Shown here: positions 51,530 to 60,853 of the stretch, one piece after another
Layout: every line of letters begins with the position of its first letter
How positions within the stretch are numbered: the stretch's first letter is position 1
Assembly: GCA_963695225.1 (NCBI GenBank)
Contig: OY968762.1
Span: 1,280,001-1,344,000, forward strand
Length of the DNA: 64,000 bases
From: Vulcanimicrobiota bacterium
GTDB lineage: Bacteria > Vulcanimicrobiota > Vulcanimicrobiia > Vulcanimicrobiales > Vulcanimicrobiaceae
Direction of reading: 5' to 3'
Position numbers and translations under genes: made by a program
The notes under the pieces: generated by a model
What the model saw: the letters and a program-made list of their open reading frames with translations, nothing else
Told to the model about the DNA's origin: nothing
Database searches by the model: none

Positions 51530-52111
51530 ATGAACACGTTGATGAAGCCTCAAGCTCAGCAAATCGATCCAGGAGTGTTACGCGTCATTGCGGCGCGGAG
51601 TACTCCCAATTTCTACATCGTCGACGAACGGCTGCGAGTGCTCTTCGCGTGGTCCAACGAAGGCGAGCCTTCATTCGGCGACATCTCGCTGCTCGCGCCC
51701 GGGCCCGACCGGCTGCCCGCCGCGCTCGAGCGAGGCGTACGTTCGCTCACGCAATCGATGAGCGTCAAGGCTCCGATCTCCCTGGCGACGCTCCTCGGCC
51801 CGACGGTCGTTTTGCGCGTGATGCCGTTATCCAGCAGCGACGGGCGCCCTCACTACGGCGTCTTCCTCGAAACGTTCAAGACGCGTTCCGGCATTCGCCC
51901 CGCGGCGAAACACTACAATCTTACGCCGCGCGAAGTCGACGTGCTCGAGCAGATCGTGAAGGGCGCCTCCACGGTGCAGATCGCCGAGCGCCTGCACATC
52001 GCGGAATCGACCGTGCAGGATCACGTCAAGAACATCTCCGTGAAGATGCAGGTCCGCAAGCGCTCCGAGATCGTCGCCCGCGTTATCGGGCTGTTGCCGC
52101 CGCTGACGTAA
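51530..52111 (+). CDS. LuxR-type HTH regulator with uncharacterised N-terminal domain
   Basis: LTPREVDVL...IAERLHIAESTVQDHVKNI; start uncertain. Confidence 0.85.
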   Translation: MNTLMKPQAQQIDPGVLRVIAARSTPNFYIVDERLRVLFAWSNEGEPSFGDISLLAPGPDRLPAALERGVRSLTQSMSVKAPISLATLLGPTVVLRVMPLSSSDGRPHYGVFLETFKTRSGIRPAAKHYNLTPREVDVLEQIVKGASTVQIAERLHIAESTVQDHVKNISVKMQVRKRSEIVARVIGLLPPLT

Positions 52112-52122
52112 CGCGCGAGACC

Positions 52123-53472
52123 CTAGCTTAGCCGCTCGCGCAGGTAGGCCTCGAGCGCGTCTTGCGCGACGCGGTCTTGGCGCATCGAGTCGCGATCGCG
52201 GACGGTGACCTTGCCGTCTTCGAACGTATCGTAATCGACCATGATGCAGCACGGCGTGCCGATCTCGTCCTGCCTGCGGTAGAGCTGGCCGACGTTCCCT
52301 TCATCGTACTGCGTGCGAAACTGCGGACGTAGCGCGCGCTCCACCGATTTCGCTCGCTCGACGAGATCGGGCTTGTTGCGCGCGAGCGGAAAGACGCCGG
52401 CCTGAACGGGAGCGATCCGCGGGTGGAAGCGCAGGACCACGCGCTCGGTCTCTTTCCCGTTCGGATCGACGCTCTTCTCGCGTTCGTAGGCGTCGACGAG
52501 CATCGTGAGCGTCGTGCGGTCCATCCCGGCCGAGCTCTCGATGAGGATCGGCGTGTACTTCGTCTTGCTCGCCTCGTCGAAGTAGGAAAGGTCTTTCCCC
52601 GAGAGTTGCATGTGCGCGTCGAGATCGTACGTTCCGCGGTGCGCGATCGATTCCAGCTCGCCCCAGCCCCACGGGAACAGATACTCGACGTCGATCCCGG
52701 CCTTCGCGTAGTGCGGGCGTTCGGCCGGCGTCAGCTCGTAGAAGCGCAGGCGCTCGGCTCTGATCCCGTAATCGGAATACCACTTCTTGCGGGCGGCGAC
52801 CCACTCTTCGAAGCAGGCGATGTCCTTACCGTCGTCCGGGACGAAATACTCGAGCTCGGCCTGTTCGAATTCGCGCATGCGGAACGTGAAGTTGCCCGGC
52901 GTGATCTCATTGCGGAACGACTTGCCGATCTGAGCGATGCCGAACGGGGGCTTGCGGCGCGCGGTCTGGTAGATGTTCTTGAAGTTGACGAACATGCCCT
53001 GAGCCGTTTCGGGACGCAGATACGCCTGTGACGAGGAATCCTCCATCGGACCGATGCTCGTCTTCATCATCAGGTTGAAGTTGCGCGGCTCGGTCAGCGT
53101 GCCGCTCATGCCGCAATCCGGACATTTCTCGAGCGAGGCCAGATGGTCGGCACGGAAACGGTGCTTGCAGTTGCGGCAATCGATCAGTTTGTCGTGGAAC
53201 GCCGCAACGTGTCCCGAGGCGACCCACGTCTGCGGGTGCATGACGATCGACGAATCGAACGCGACGACGTCGTCGCGCAGCTCGACGATCTCTCGCCACC
53301 AGGCGTTCTTTACGTTGCGCTTGAGGACTGCCCCGAGCGGGCCGTAATCGAAGAAGCCGCCGATCCCGCCGTAGATCTCGCTCGATTGGAAAATGAAACC
53401 GCGACGTTTCGCGAGCGCGGTGATTTCCTCCATGGTCACGTTCGGTTTGGCTGCGGTATCGGGCGTCGTCAT
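52123..53472 (-). CDS. glyQS: Glycine-tRNA ligase (alpha2 type)
   Basis: SSEIYGG, YLRPETAQG, SFRNEITP, REFEQ, YRRQDEIGTP motifs. Confidence 0.96.
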   Translation of the reverse strand: MTTPDTAAKPNVTMEEITALAKRRGFIFQSSEIYGGIGGFFDYGPLGAVLKRNVKNAWWREIVELRDDVVAFDSSIVMHPQTWVASGHVAAFHDKLIDCRNCKHRFRADHLASLEKCPDCGMSGTLTEPRNFNLMMKTSIGPMEDSSSQAYLRPETAQGMFVNFKNIYQTARRKPPFGIAQIGKSFRNEITPGNFTFRMREFEQAELEYFVPDDGKDIACFEEWVAARKKWYSDYGIRAERLRFYELTPAERPHYAKAGIDVEYLFPWGWGELESIAHRGTYDLDAHMQLSGKDLSYFDEASKTKYTPILIESSAGMDRTTLTMLVDAYEREKSVDPNGKETERVVLRFHPRIAPVQAGVFPLARNKPDLVERAKSVERALRPQFRTQYDEGNVGQLYRRQDEIGTPCCIMVDYDTFEDGKVTVRDRDSMRQDRVAQDALEAYLRERLS

Positions 53473-53515
53473 GATCCTCGCGCTATTGTGCGCGCGAAGC
53501 GCCGCATCCTCGCCG

Positions 53516-54688
53516 TCAGGGCCTCGGCGGCCGCGCGCCGTTCGTGGCGGCGGCTCCGTACGTGCGCCCGCGCCATTCGACGCCTTGCCCCGAGAGGACG
53601 CGCCAGGTCGAGTTCGCCATCACCGCCGCGAAGAACGCGAACCCCACCGGCGCGTAGATGCCCAGGCGCCGTTCCATCCCGACCTCGCCCATCGCCCAGC
53701 CGCTCGTCGCCGAGATCGCGGCGAGTGTCGCGAGCGATTCCGCCGCCGCGAGCCAGCGCCGCCCCGCGAGCGCGCGGAGCGCGAGCGCGGCCGGGACGAT
53801 CGAGAGCGCGGAGAGGAACGCGACCCCGCCGGCAAGCCGGTCGAGCCGGCCCTCCGCGCCGTAATAGACGTTCTTCGTGAAGCCCTCCCAGATCTCGCTC
53901 GCGGAATGATACATGCGCACCCGGCAGAGCCGTTGCCCGCCCACGAGCGCGAGGTGGAAACGCCCGTCCCGCTTGAGCTTGCGGGCGAACGCGACGTCCT
54001 CCGCCAGTTCGCCGCGCAGGGCCGCATGCCCGCCGAGCGCCTCGAGCGCGCGCCGCGAGACGAGGATGTATTGGCCGTTCGCGAGCGCGTGATCGGGGTC
54101 GAGCGGGTCGTTCAGTTTCTCCGGCGAGCCGGAAGCGAGCACGATCGCGCCGAGGATCGACGGGAGGATCGCGCGCTCCGCGAGCGTTTCCATATCTTGC
54201 CCGGTCACGAGCGTGAGCGCGTCGTAGCCGCGATCGAGCGCGTAGGCGAGCGTCGAACGCGAAGCCCACGGCTCGTGATACGAATCGGCATCGGTGAAGA
54301 GCAGCCACTCGCCGCGCGCGACGCGAGCCCCTTGATGGAGCGCCCATGGCTTGCCGACCCACCCCGCCGGCAACTCGGCGCCGGCGAGAACGCGCAATTC
54401 CGGAAATTCGAATGTGAGCCGCGCGAGGATCGCCGGCGTCGCGTCCGTCGAGCGGTCGTCGACGACGATCAGCTCGAAATCGGAGAGCTGCTGCGCGAGC
54501 AGCGAGCGCACGCACCGCTCGATCGAGCGCTCTTCGTTGCGCGCGGGGACGACGATCGAAAGCGAGGGCAAGTCGAGGCGATCTTCGAGCAACGGCTCGA
54601 TCTCGCGCGCTTTCCCGGCGAAAGAGGCGCAGCGCAGCACGTACGCGAGCGCAGTTGCGGCGGGAATGTGACCGAGCAAACGATTCAG
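53516..54688 (-). CDS. GT2 glycosyltransferase (CrtQ/HpnB-like membrane type)
   Basis: VPARNEE, DDRSTD, GWVGKPWA, FTDAD, NGQY, AEDV, RMY motifs; start is CTG 54688 or TTG 54679. Confidence 0.87.
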   Translation of the reverse strand: MNRLLGHIPAATALAYVLRCASFAGKAREIEPLLEDRLDLPSLSIVVPARNEERSIERCVRSLLAQQLSDFELIVVDDRSTDATPAILARLTFEFPELRVLAGAELPAGWVGKPWALHQGARVARGEWLLFTDADSYHEPWASRSTLAYALDRGYDALTLVTGQDMETLAERAILPSILGAIVLASGSPEKLNDPLDPDHALANGQYILVSRRALEALGGHAALRGELAEDVAFARKLKRDGRFHLALVGGQRLCRVRMYHSASEIWEGFTKNVYYGAEGRLDRLAGGVAFLSALSIVPAALALRALAGRRWLAAAESLATLAAISATSGWAMGEVGMERRLGIYAPVGFAFFAAVMANSTWRVLSGQGVEWRGRTYGAAATNGARPPRP

Positions 54689-55878
54689 AGGGGTCCCCCG
54701 ACCTTCTTCGCGGCACGCCGCTCGAGTTCGCGCCGATGCGTGAGGACGTATCGATCGCTTAGAGGAATGCGAAATTCCACCATGCCGGCGCTGGGCACGA
54801 ACAGGACGTCCTTCTTCACAAGCTGGTTGCGAGTCGAGCTCAGACGTTCGGACGTGGAACCGAGACGTTCGCCGATCTCGTGGACGGTATGCGAACCTGC
54901 ACCCAGATCCGCCACGGCTAGAACGTAAGCACATTCGCGCGGCGTGAGCGTGCGGAAGCGCCCGTCGTACAGCGACGAATCGAGCAAATTGCGGACTCCG
55001 GGCAGCACCGCATCGACGTCCTCTTTCGTGATGATCTTCCCCCGATGCTGCATCCAAGCGGCCGAGGCATACTCTTGGATGAAGAAAGGATAGCCGGCGG
55101 ATTCTTCGGCGAGCGTGTCGAGCGCATTTTCGCGGATGAGATGCCCCGCGTCGCGGATCGGTTTGCCGATGGCGTCTCGCGTCTGTTGTGCGTCGAGGAG
55201 GCCGATTTCGACGTAGCGCCAGCGTTCGGTGTACGTTTGGGCGCGATGCAGATGATCGCGCGTGTTCGGCAATCCGGCGCCGATGATGAGAGCGGGCTCG
55301 GGCGTGCCGGCCGACTCATGGATGAAACGCACGAGCAGGCTCAAGTCGTCGAGTTGCGCCTCCTGGAGCTCGTCGATTGCGAAGAGGAGGTACCGCCCGT
55401 GCTTGCGCGCCTCCGCGTTCACGGCGCGGAGCAGCGTGATCAGCGCGGCCTGCTCGGGCGCCGATGCAGACGCGGAGAGCGTGATCGACCCGCCCCCGCC
55501 CGGCAGCTCGTACGAGGGCTTCGGCAGCGCGCGCGCGGCCGACTCCAGCGCTCGCTTGAGCTTTTCCGGCACGTTGCCGAGCCGCTCGTGCGCCGCTTCG
55601 AGGCCCGCTCGCAGCACGGCCGCGAAGAGCTCGCGACGGGTGGCTTCCATGGCCACGACGAGCGCGTCTTCGCGCCTCGCCCTTGCCGCGATCCGCCGGA
55701 GCAGAGCGGTCTTCCCCATACCGCGCAGCCCCATGATGATGAAGGGCGCCGCGGGCGCTCCGGAGCGCGTCATCCCAAGGGCAAAACGCGCCAACGCGAT
55801 CTCCGCGTCCCGGCCGACGAGGTACGGGGGATCGCTGCCCGGAGCGGTGCGGAATGGATTGTCGAAGAGCCCCGGCAT
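54685..55878 (-). CDS. AAA/STAND-like ATP-binding protein with probable C-terminal winged helix
   Basis: NPF...PPYLVGR, GLRGMGKT, FAIDELQ, GYPFFIQ, C-terminal HEIGERLG...RNQLVKKD. Confidence 0.87.
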   Translation of the reverse strand: MPGLFDNPFRTAPGSDPPYLVGRDAEIALARFALGMTRSGAPAAPFIIMGLRGMGKTALLRRIAARARREDALVVAMEATRRELFAAVLRAGLEAAHERLGNVPEKLKRALESAARALPKPSYELPGGGGSITLSASASAPEQAALITLLRAVNAEARKHGRYLLFAIDELQEAQLDDLSLLVRFIHESAGTPEPALIIGAGLPNTRDHLHRAQTYTERWRYVEIGLLDAQQTRDAIGKPIRDAGHLIRENALDTLAEESAGYPFFIQEYASAAWMQHRGKIITKEDVDAVLPGVRNLLDSSLYDGRFRTLTPRECAYVLAVADLGAGSHTVHEIGERLGSTSERLSSTRNQLVKKDVLFVPSAGMVEFRIPLSDRYVLTHRRELERRAAKKVGGPL

Positions 55879-55884
55879 GCTTCG

Positions 55885-55941
55885 ATTGTCCCCCGTCTGT
55901 CAAATCCTGTCAATGTCTGACTATCCTGTCAAACCTGTCAA
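55885..55941 (-). promoter_or_regulatory. Promoter with four TTGACAG direct repeats upstream of the ATPase gene
   Basis: CTGTCAA on the plus strand at 55897, 55907, 55926 and 55935; TTGACA-N17-GACAAT-N6-ATG on the minus strand. Confidence 0.75.
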
Positions 55942-55964
55942 GATTTCCGCGGAAAGCGCGGCGG

Positions 55965-57062
55965 CTAGAGAGACGCGCCGGCCCTCGCCGTAGCCCTGTT
56001 CTGCGGCCTTACCGTGCCGCGCAGTTGCCCGCAGGCGGCCGCGATGTCGCGGCCCATGGAGGCGCGCACCGTCGTCGGGACGCCGGCCCGGTCGAGGATC
56101 GCGGCGAACTCCCAGATGCGTTCCGTCGGCGAGCCTTGGAACGCCGCATCCGGCGTGCTGTTGTAGGGGATCAGGTTGACGTGGTACAGATGCCCGCGCA
56201 TCAGCTTCGCGAGCTCGTGCGCGGCCTTCGCGTCGTCGTTCACGCCATCCAGCATCACGTACTCGAAGAAGACTTTGCGATTCGTCTTCTCGACGTACCG
56301 AGCGCACGCGGCCAACAGCTCGGCGACGGGCCAACTCCGGTTGACGGGCATGATTGCGGAACGCCGTTCGTCGGTCGGCGCGTGCAGCGAGATCGCGAGG
56401 TTCACTTGGACGCCTTCGGCCGCGAACGCGTCGATTTGCGGGACCACGCCGACCGTCGAGATCGTGATGTGCCGGTGCCCGAGGCCGAAGCCTTGCCCGT
56501 CGTTCAGCAGCGCCACGGCGCGCATCACGGCAGCATAATTGTTGAACGGTTCGCCCATACCCATGAAGACGACGTTCGTGATCTTCTTCTCGCGCGTCGC
56601 GAGCGCGCGCGCGAAGAAGCGCGCCTGGTCGAAGATCTCGGTCGCCTTGAGTTGCCGCGTGAACCCCGCCTGCCCCGTCGAGCAGAACGCGCACTTGAAC
56701 GCGCACCCCGCTTGGCTCGAGACGCAGACGGTCGAGCGTCCGCCGTAGTGCTCCATCAGCACCGCCTCGATTTCCGCGCCGTCGTAGAGGCGGAAGAGCC
56801 CCTTCGTCGTTTGCCCGTCGCTCGAGCGGAGCACCGTCACCGGTTCGATCGATTCGAGCGCGAAGCCGTCGGCGGCCAAGCGCTCGCGCAACTCACTGGG
56901 CCAGGTCGTCACCGCCTCGAGCGTCGGGGCGAGTTCCTTGCAGGCCGCCCGGTAGAGTTGCTTGGCGCGGTACGGTTTGAGCCCGTACGCTTGCAGCAAA
57001 GCCGCGCCGTCGGAGTATCCCGCGCGCTGCGCCTTTTCGTCGAACCAGACCTGCTGCGCCAT
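55965..57062 (-). CDS. rlmN: 23S rRNA m2A2503/tRNA methyltransferase (radical SAM)
   Basis: CAFKCAFC, MGMGEP, SLH, NLIPYN, IAAACGQL motifs; extended -10 TGaTACAAT at 57072-57080. Confidence 0.94.
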   Translation of the reverse strand: MAQQVWFDEKAQRAGYSDGAALLQAYGLKPYRAKQLYRAACKELAPTLEAVTTWPSELRERLAADGFALESIEPVTVLRSSDGQTTKGLFRLYDGAEIEAVLMEHYGGRSTVCVSSQAGCAFKCAFCSTGQAGFTRQLKATEIFDQARFFARALATREKKITNVVFMGMGEPFNNYAAVMRAVALLNDGQGFGLGHRHITISTVGVVPQIDAFAAEGVQVNLAISLHAPTDERRSAIMPVNRSWPVAELLAACARYVEKTNRKVFFEYVMLDGVNDDAKAAHELAKLMRGHLYHVNLIPYNSTPDAAFQGSPTERIWEFAAILDRAGVPTTVRASMGRDIAAACGQLRGTVRPQNRATARAGASL

Positions 57063-57122
57063 AACTGCCCGATTGTATCATGCGCCGGACGGCGCACCTC
57101 CAACCTTCCCGGCGGGCGCCCG

Positions 57123-58457
57123 CTAGCGCGGCGAGAGGCGGCGGACGATGAAGCCCGTAGCGAGGATCAGACCGAGGAGGACGAGCGCCCCGGCGCAGGC
57201 GACGACGAACACGCCCCGGCCCGTGAGAAACCGGTATCCGCCTTCTCCCACGCAGCCCCGATACTCGTTGCTGTTCATCGCGTCGATCGCGCAGAGGTAG
57301 CCGCGCGCGTTCCCGGCCGTGATCTCCGAATTCGCGCCACCCTCGTAGAGCCGGGCGTACGCCGCAAGGAGTCCGGGATCGCCCTCGAGGCGGCGGCGGA
57401 GCCTCGAAAGCTCCGGGCCAGTGAATTCCCGCAATCCGAGGTCCTTCGAACCGCCTTCGTCGCGCCAGACCTTGCCGTCGAAGGCGTGCTCCTCGATCCG
57501 GCGGATCGTCCCCGTAGGCTCGACGTCGACGGTCAGGAACATCGGCGCGTTGCGGAAGATCGGCGAAAGGGCGGGGACGAGGAGCAGCGGGACGGGCTCG
57601 GGCGACTCGGCGCCGACGAGCCGGAAAGCGAACTTGTGGGTGTGCCCGCTGATCGCGAGCGCGACGTTACGCCGCCGGTCGCCGAGGATCGCGAGGAGCC
57701 GGTCGCGCGGCACGCCGTCCAGAAACGGCACCACGGCCAAACGGTGCGTCAGATGGACCGTGGTGCCGGCGTCGATGCCGGGCGGGATGTGCAGCAGCAC
57801 CCACGACTTCTCGGGGTTCCCGGGAGGGAGCGCACGGTCGAGATCCGCGAGTTCCTCGGCTCCGCCGTCGCCGGCGGTCGAACCGCACCCCAAGCGAAAG
57901 AGCGGCGACCAAAACGTATCGTCGAGCACGACCGCCCGCAGGCCCGGCACCGGCAGTTTCACCGTGTAGAAGCCGTCGCGCGAGAACGTGCTGCGGAAAT
58001 CCGCAGCCGCGCCGCGACGGTTCACGAGCGGCTCCCACACGGCAGCCGTATCGGCGAGGTACGGCGCGTCCGGTGCGGCCACGTAGTCTCCGCAAGCGGA
58101 GTCCTCGTTCCCCATCGCGACGACGAACTGCGCGTTCGGGAACGCCCGCCCGAACAGATCGGCGACGTGCGCCATCGTCGCATGCGCGTACCGGCGGTCG
58201 AAATTGTGCCCGAGAAAGTCGCCCGGGATCACGACGACCGGCGGGGCGGGATCGACGCGCCGCATCTCCGCGATGGCCGAACGCAAGAGCGCCTCGTTCG
58301 TATCGGACCCTCCCGGCGACGGTTCGGCACCCTGCGCCCGGGGATCCAGGTGAATGTCGCTCACGAAGAGCCACGGCGCGGCCTCCGCGCGCGCCGGAAG
58401 AACGCACGCCGACGCGAGCGCGAGTGCGAGCGCGGCGCACCGAAAACCGAGTTTCAA
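57123..58457 (-). CDS. Exported acid-sphingomyelinase-like metallophosphoesterase with C-terminal membrane anchor
   Basis: Signal peptide; SDIH, GDFLGH, GNED, HIPPG, GHTH motifs; terminal hydrophobic helix. Confidence 0.8.
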   Translation of the reverse strand: MKLGFRCAALALALASACVLPARAEAAPWLFVSDIHLDPRAQGAEPSPGGSDTNEALLRSAIAEMRRVDPAPPVVVIPGDFLGHNFDRRYAHATMAHVADLFGRAFPNAQFVVAMGNEDSACGDYVAAPDAPYLADTAAVWEPLVNRRGAAADFRSTFSRDGFYTVKLPVPGLRAVVLDDTFWSPLFRLGCGSTAGDGGAEELADLDRALPPGNPEKSWVLLHIPPGIDAGTTVHLTHRLAVVPFLDGVPRDRLLAILGDRRRNVALAISGHTHKFAFRLVGAESPEPVPLLLVPALSPIFRNAPMFLTVDVEPTGTIRRIEEHAFDGKVWRDEGGSKDLGLREFTGPELSRLRRRLEGDPGLLAAYARLYEGGANSEITAGNARGYLCAIDAMNSNEYRGCVGEGGYRFLTGRGVFVVACAGALVLLGLILATGFIVRRLSPR

Positions 58458-58936
58458 CGCACGGGGCAGTCGACGCGCCGCGCTCGCGTAATGCGCAGCA
58501 AGTCGAGCGGCGGAATCTCGAAGACGGCGTACGGCGAGCCCGCCGCGGCCCAGACCGTCTCGTAGCGCAACAGCGCTACGTCGAAGAAGCGGTGCGTCGG
58601 CGTCGCGTGCGCGAGCGGCGCGACCCCTCCGATCGCGAATCCGGTTTTCGCGCGGACGAAATCGGGATCGGCCTTTCCCACGGGCTCGCCGAGCAGCGCT
58701 GCGATCGCGCGTTCGTCCACGCGGTTCACGCCGCTCGTCACGACGACGACCGCGGCGTCGCTCTCCTTCGCGCGCAGGACGATCGATTTCGCAATCTGCG
58801 CGACCGAGCAGCCGACGGCGGCTGCGGCTTCCGCGGCGGTGCGCGTCGAGGAGGGGACGACGACGATGCGCGCGGGCCACTCGAGCTCCCGCAACGCCGC
58901 CTCGACGCGTTCGACGGATTCCGAACGTTGCATCAC
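58454..58936 (-). CDS. YbaK/EbsC aminoacyl-tRNA deacylase family protein
   Basis: TRTAAEAA, QIAKS, TGFAIGGVAP, WAAAG motifs. Confidence 0.9.
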   Translation of the reverse strand: MMQRSESVERVEAALRELEWPARIVVVPSSTRTAAEAAAAVGCSVAQIAKSIVLRAKESDAAVVVVTSGVNRVDERAIAALLGEPVGKADPDFVRAKTGFAIGGVAPLAHATPTHRFFDVALLRYETVWAAAGSPYAVFEIPPLDLLRITRARRVDCPVR

Positions 58937-59601
58937 AACTCGAACAACGCGGGTTGGACCGGCAACGGTTCCTCTTCTTTCGGCACCGGCTCGTCCAGCC
59001 GCGCCCGTACGGACTTCAAATCACTCCAGACGAGCCGCTTGACGGCGGTCAATTCCCCGCCTGTCTGACGCAGCAAGTACGCCGGATGGAACGTCGCGAT
59101 CAACCGGATCCCGAGCGGTCCGTCGAACCACAGGCCGCGCTGACGCGAGATCGAGAACTTCTCGCCGAGGAACGACTTCGCCGCCGGCGCTCCCAGGCAC
59201 ATGATCGCGCGCGGGCGCAGAATCTCGATCTGTTCGTCGAGATACGGACGGCAATTCGCCATCTCTTGCGGCATCGGGGCGCGGTTGCGCAACTTCCCGC
59301 CGTCGTCGAACGTCGGCCGGCACTTGACCGTGTTGCAGATGAATGTCTCCTCGCGCGCGAGCCCGATGGCGTTGAGCATGCGGTCGAGCAGCTCGCCTGC
59401 GCGCCCGACGAACGGCCGGCCGAGCCGGTCCTCCGTTTCCCCGGGCCCCTCGCCGACGATCATCAGCGCCGCCGCCGGATCGCCTTCGCCGTAGACGCTG
59501 TGCGTGCGCGTCCGCCCGATCTCGCACTTGCGGCAGCGTTCGACGAGCGCCGCCGCGTTCGCCAGGCGCTGTTCCCGCGAGCTGCGCTCTTGCAGCGTCA
59601 C
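58933..59601 (-). CDS. Uracil-DNA glycosylase, family 4
   Basis: CRKC, GEGPG..ED, PFVG, KCRP, HPAY motifs. Confidence 0.93.
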   Translation of the reverse strand: MTLQERSSREQRLANAAALVERCRKCEIGRTRTHSVYGEGDPAAALMIVGEGPGETEDRLGRPFVGRAGELLDRMLNAIGLAREETFICNTVKCRPTFDDGGKLRNRAPMPQEMANCRPYLDEQIEILRPRAIMCLGAPAAKSFLGEKFSISRQRGLWFDGPLGIRLIATFHPAYLLRQTGGELTAVKRLVWSDLKSVRARLDEPVPKEEEPLPVQPALFEL

Positions 59602-59951
59602 GGCGCGGCGACGCGCCCCGGCTGCGGGTCGAGGACGACCGCTTCCCCGCTCGCCTTCACGATCGTCGAGCCGTCGCCGCGTTCGGAGGCGTCGAAGCGC
59701 AGGCCGACGACGCCGTTCGCGCCGAGCCGTTCCGCGGCGTTCGCGAGATCCGCGAGCGCCTGTTTGCGAATCCGCTCGGCATCGGTCAGATACGAGAACG
59801 GTGCGAGGCCCACGAACATCCCGATCGTGCGGAACGTCGAGCGCAAGAGGCTGCGCGGGCAACTCGCCTCGCCCTGGGCGATGCCGAGGCTGCGCACGAT
59901 GCGGAAACCGTCGATACGTTCGAGCGTGACGATCGCCTCGGGCCGGATCAT
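59598..59951 (-). CDS. YbjQ/UPF0145 family protein
   Basis: IVTLERIDG.RI...LG, AERLGANGVVGLRFD, GEAV motifs. Confidence 0.85.
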   Translation of the reverse strand: MIRPEAIVTLERIDGFRIVRSLGIAQGEASCPRSLLRSTFRTIGMFVGLAPFSYLTDAERIRKQALADLANAAERLGANGVVGLRFDASERGDGSTIVKASGEAVVLDPQPGRVAAP

Positions 59952-60853
59952 CGCTCTCTAACGCGCCTCACGAGCAGGACGGCGCCGGCGGCGGCGCCGG
60001 CGTAGAGCGCGTAGCGGCCGACGAGCGCGCCGACGAGCGAGCCGTACCATAAGGGGCCGTGATGCTTGAGCCAGTAGGCGCGACGCGATCTCTGTTTCCG
60101 CGTCTCGACGTTGTACTGCCCCTGCGCGCTCCCCATCCCTTCGTGAACGGCTTCGCTCGAGGGAACGTACCAGGTCTCCCAACCCGCATCGGCCGCTCGT
60201 TTGGCGAAATCGACCTCTTCGTGGTACAGGAAGAAGCGCTCGTCGAACGGGCCGATCTCGTCGATCAGCGCGCGCCGGATCGCGAGCGCGGCGCCGATCG
60301 CGATATCGACGCGGCGCTCTCCGGCGTAGTTCCAAGCGCGCAATTCGGCGCCGTTCGCATGGCTGCGGAAGATAGGCCACTCGCCCCAGGCGCTCGAGCG
60401 CAAGAACGCCCCCACCCAGGTATCGAACTCGCCGCACGATTCCTGGACCGTGCCGTCCGGGTTGTAGATGCGCGAGCCCGCGATGCCGCAGCGCGGATGC
60501 TCGTCGAGGAAGCGCACGATCTCGCGCAGCGCGCCGTCCTTGAGCTCGGCGTCCGGGTTGAGGAGGAAAACGTAGGGCGCGCCCGTCGCGGCGAAAGCCC
60601 GGTTGCAGGCCGCGCCGAACCCGAGATTCGCGCCGTTCGCGACGATCTGCACGCGCGCGCCGTAGCGCTCGGCGATGAACTCTCGGCTGCCGTCGGTCGA
60701 GCCGTTGTCGGAGACGACGACGTTTGCGAAGGATGGGTCGGCGACAACCTCGCCGAGCGCGAAGACGGAGTCGAGCGCCGTCGCGATCCTCTCGCGATCG
60801 TTCCAGCAAACGACGATCACGTCGATCCGGGGAGCATTGATCGGTTGCGTCAT
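59948..60853 (-). CDS. GT2 glycosyltransferase (WbbL-like)
   Basis: DNGSTDGS, NLGFGAACN, LNPDA, FDERFFLYHEEVD motifs. Confidence 0.9.
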   Translation of the reverse strand: MTQPINAPRIDVIVVCWNDRERIATALDSVFALGEVVADPSFANVVVSDNGSTDGSREFIAERYGARVQIVANGANLGFGAACNRAFAATGAPYVFLLNPDAELKDGALREIVRFLDEHPRCGIAGSRIYNPDGTVQESCGEFDTWVGAFLRSSAWGEWPIFRSHANGAELRAWNYAGERRVDIAIGAALAIRRALIDEIGPFDERFFLYHEEVDFAKRAADAGWETWYVPSSEAVHEGMGSAQGQYNVETRKQRSRRAYWLKHHGPLWYGSLVGALVGRYALYAGAAAGAVLLVRRVRER

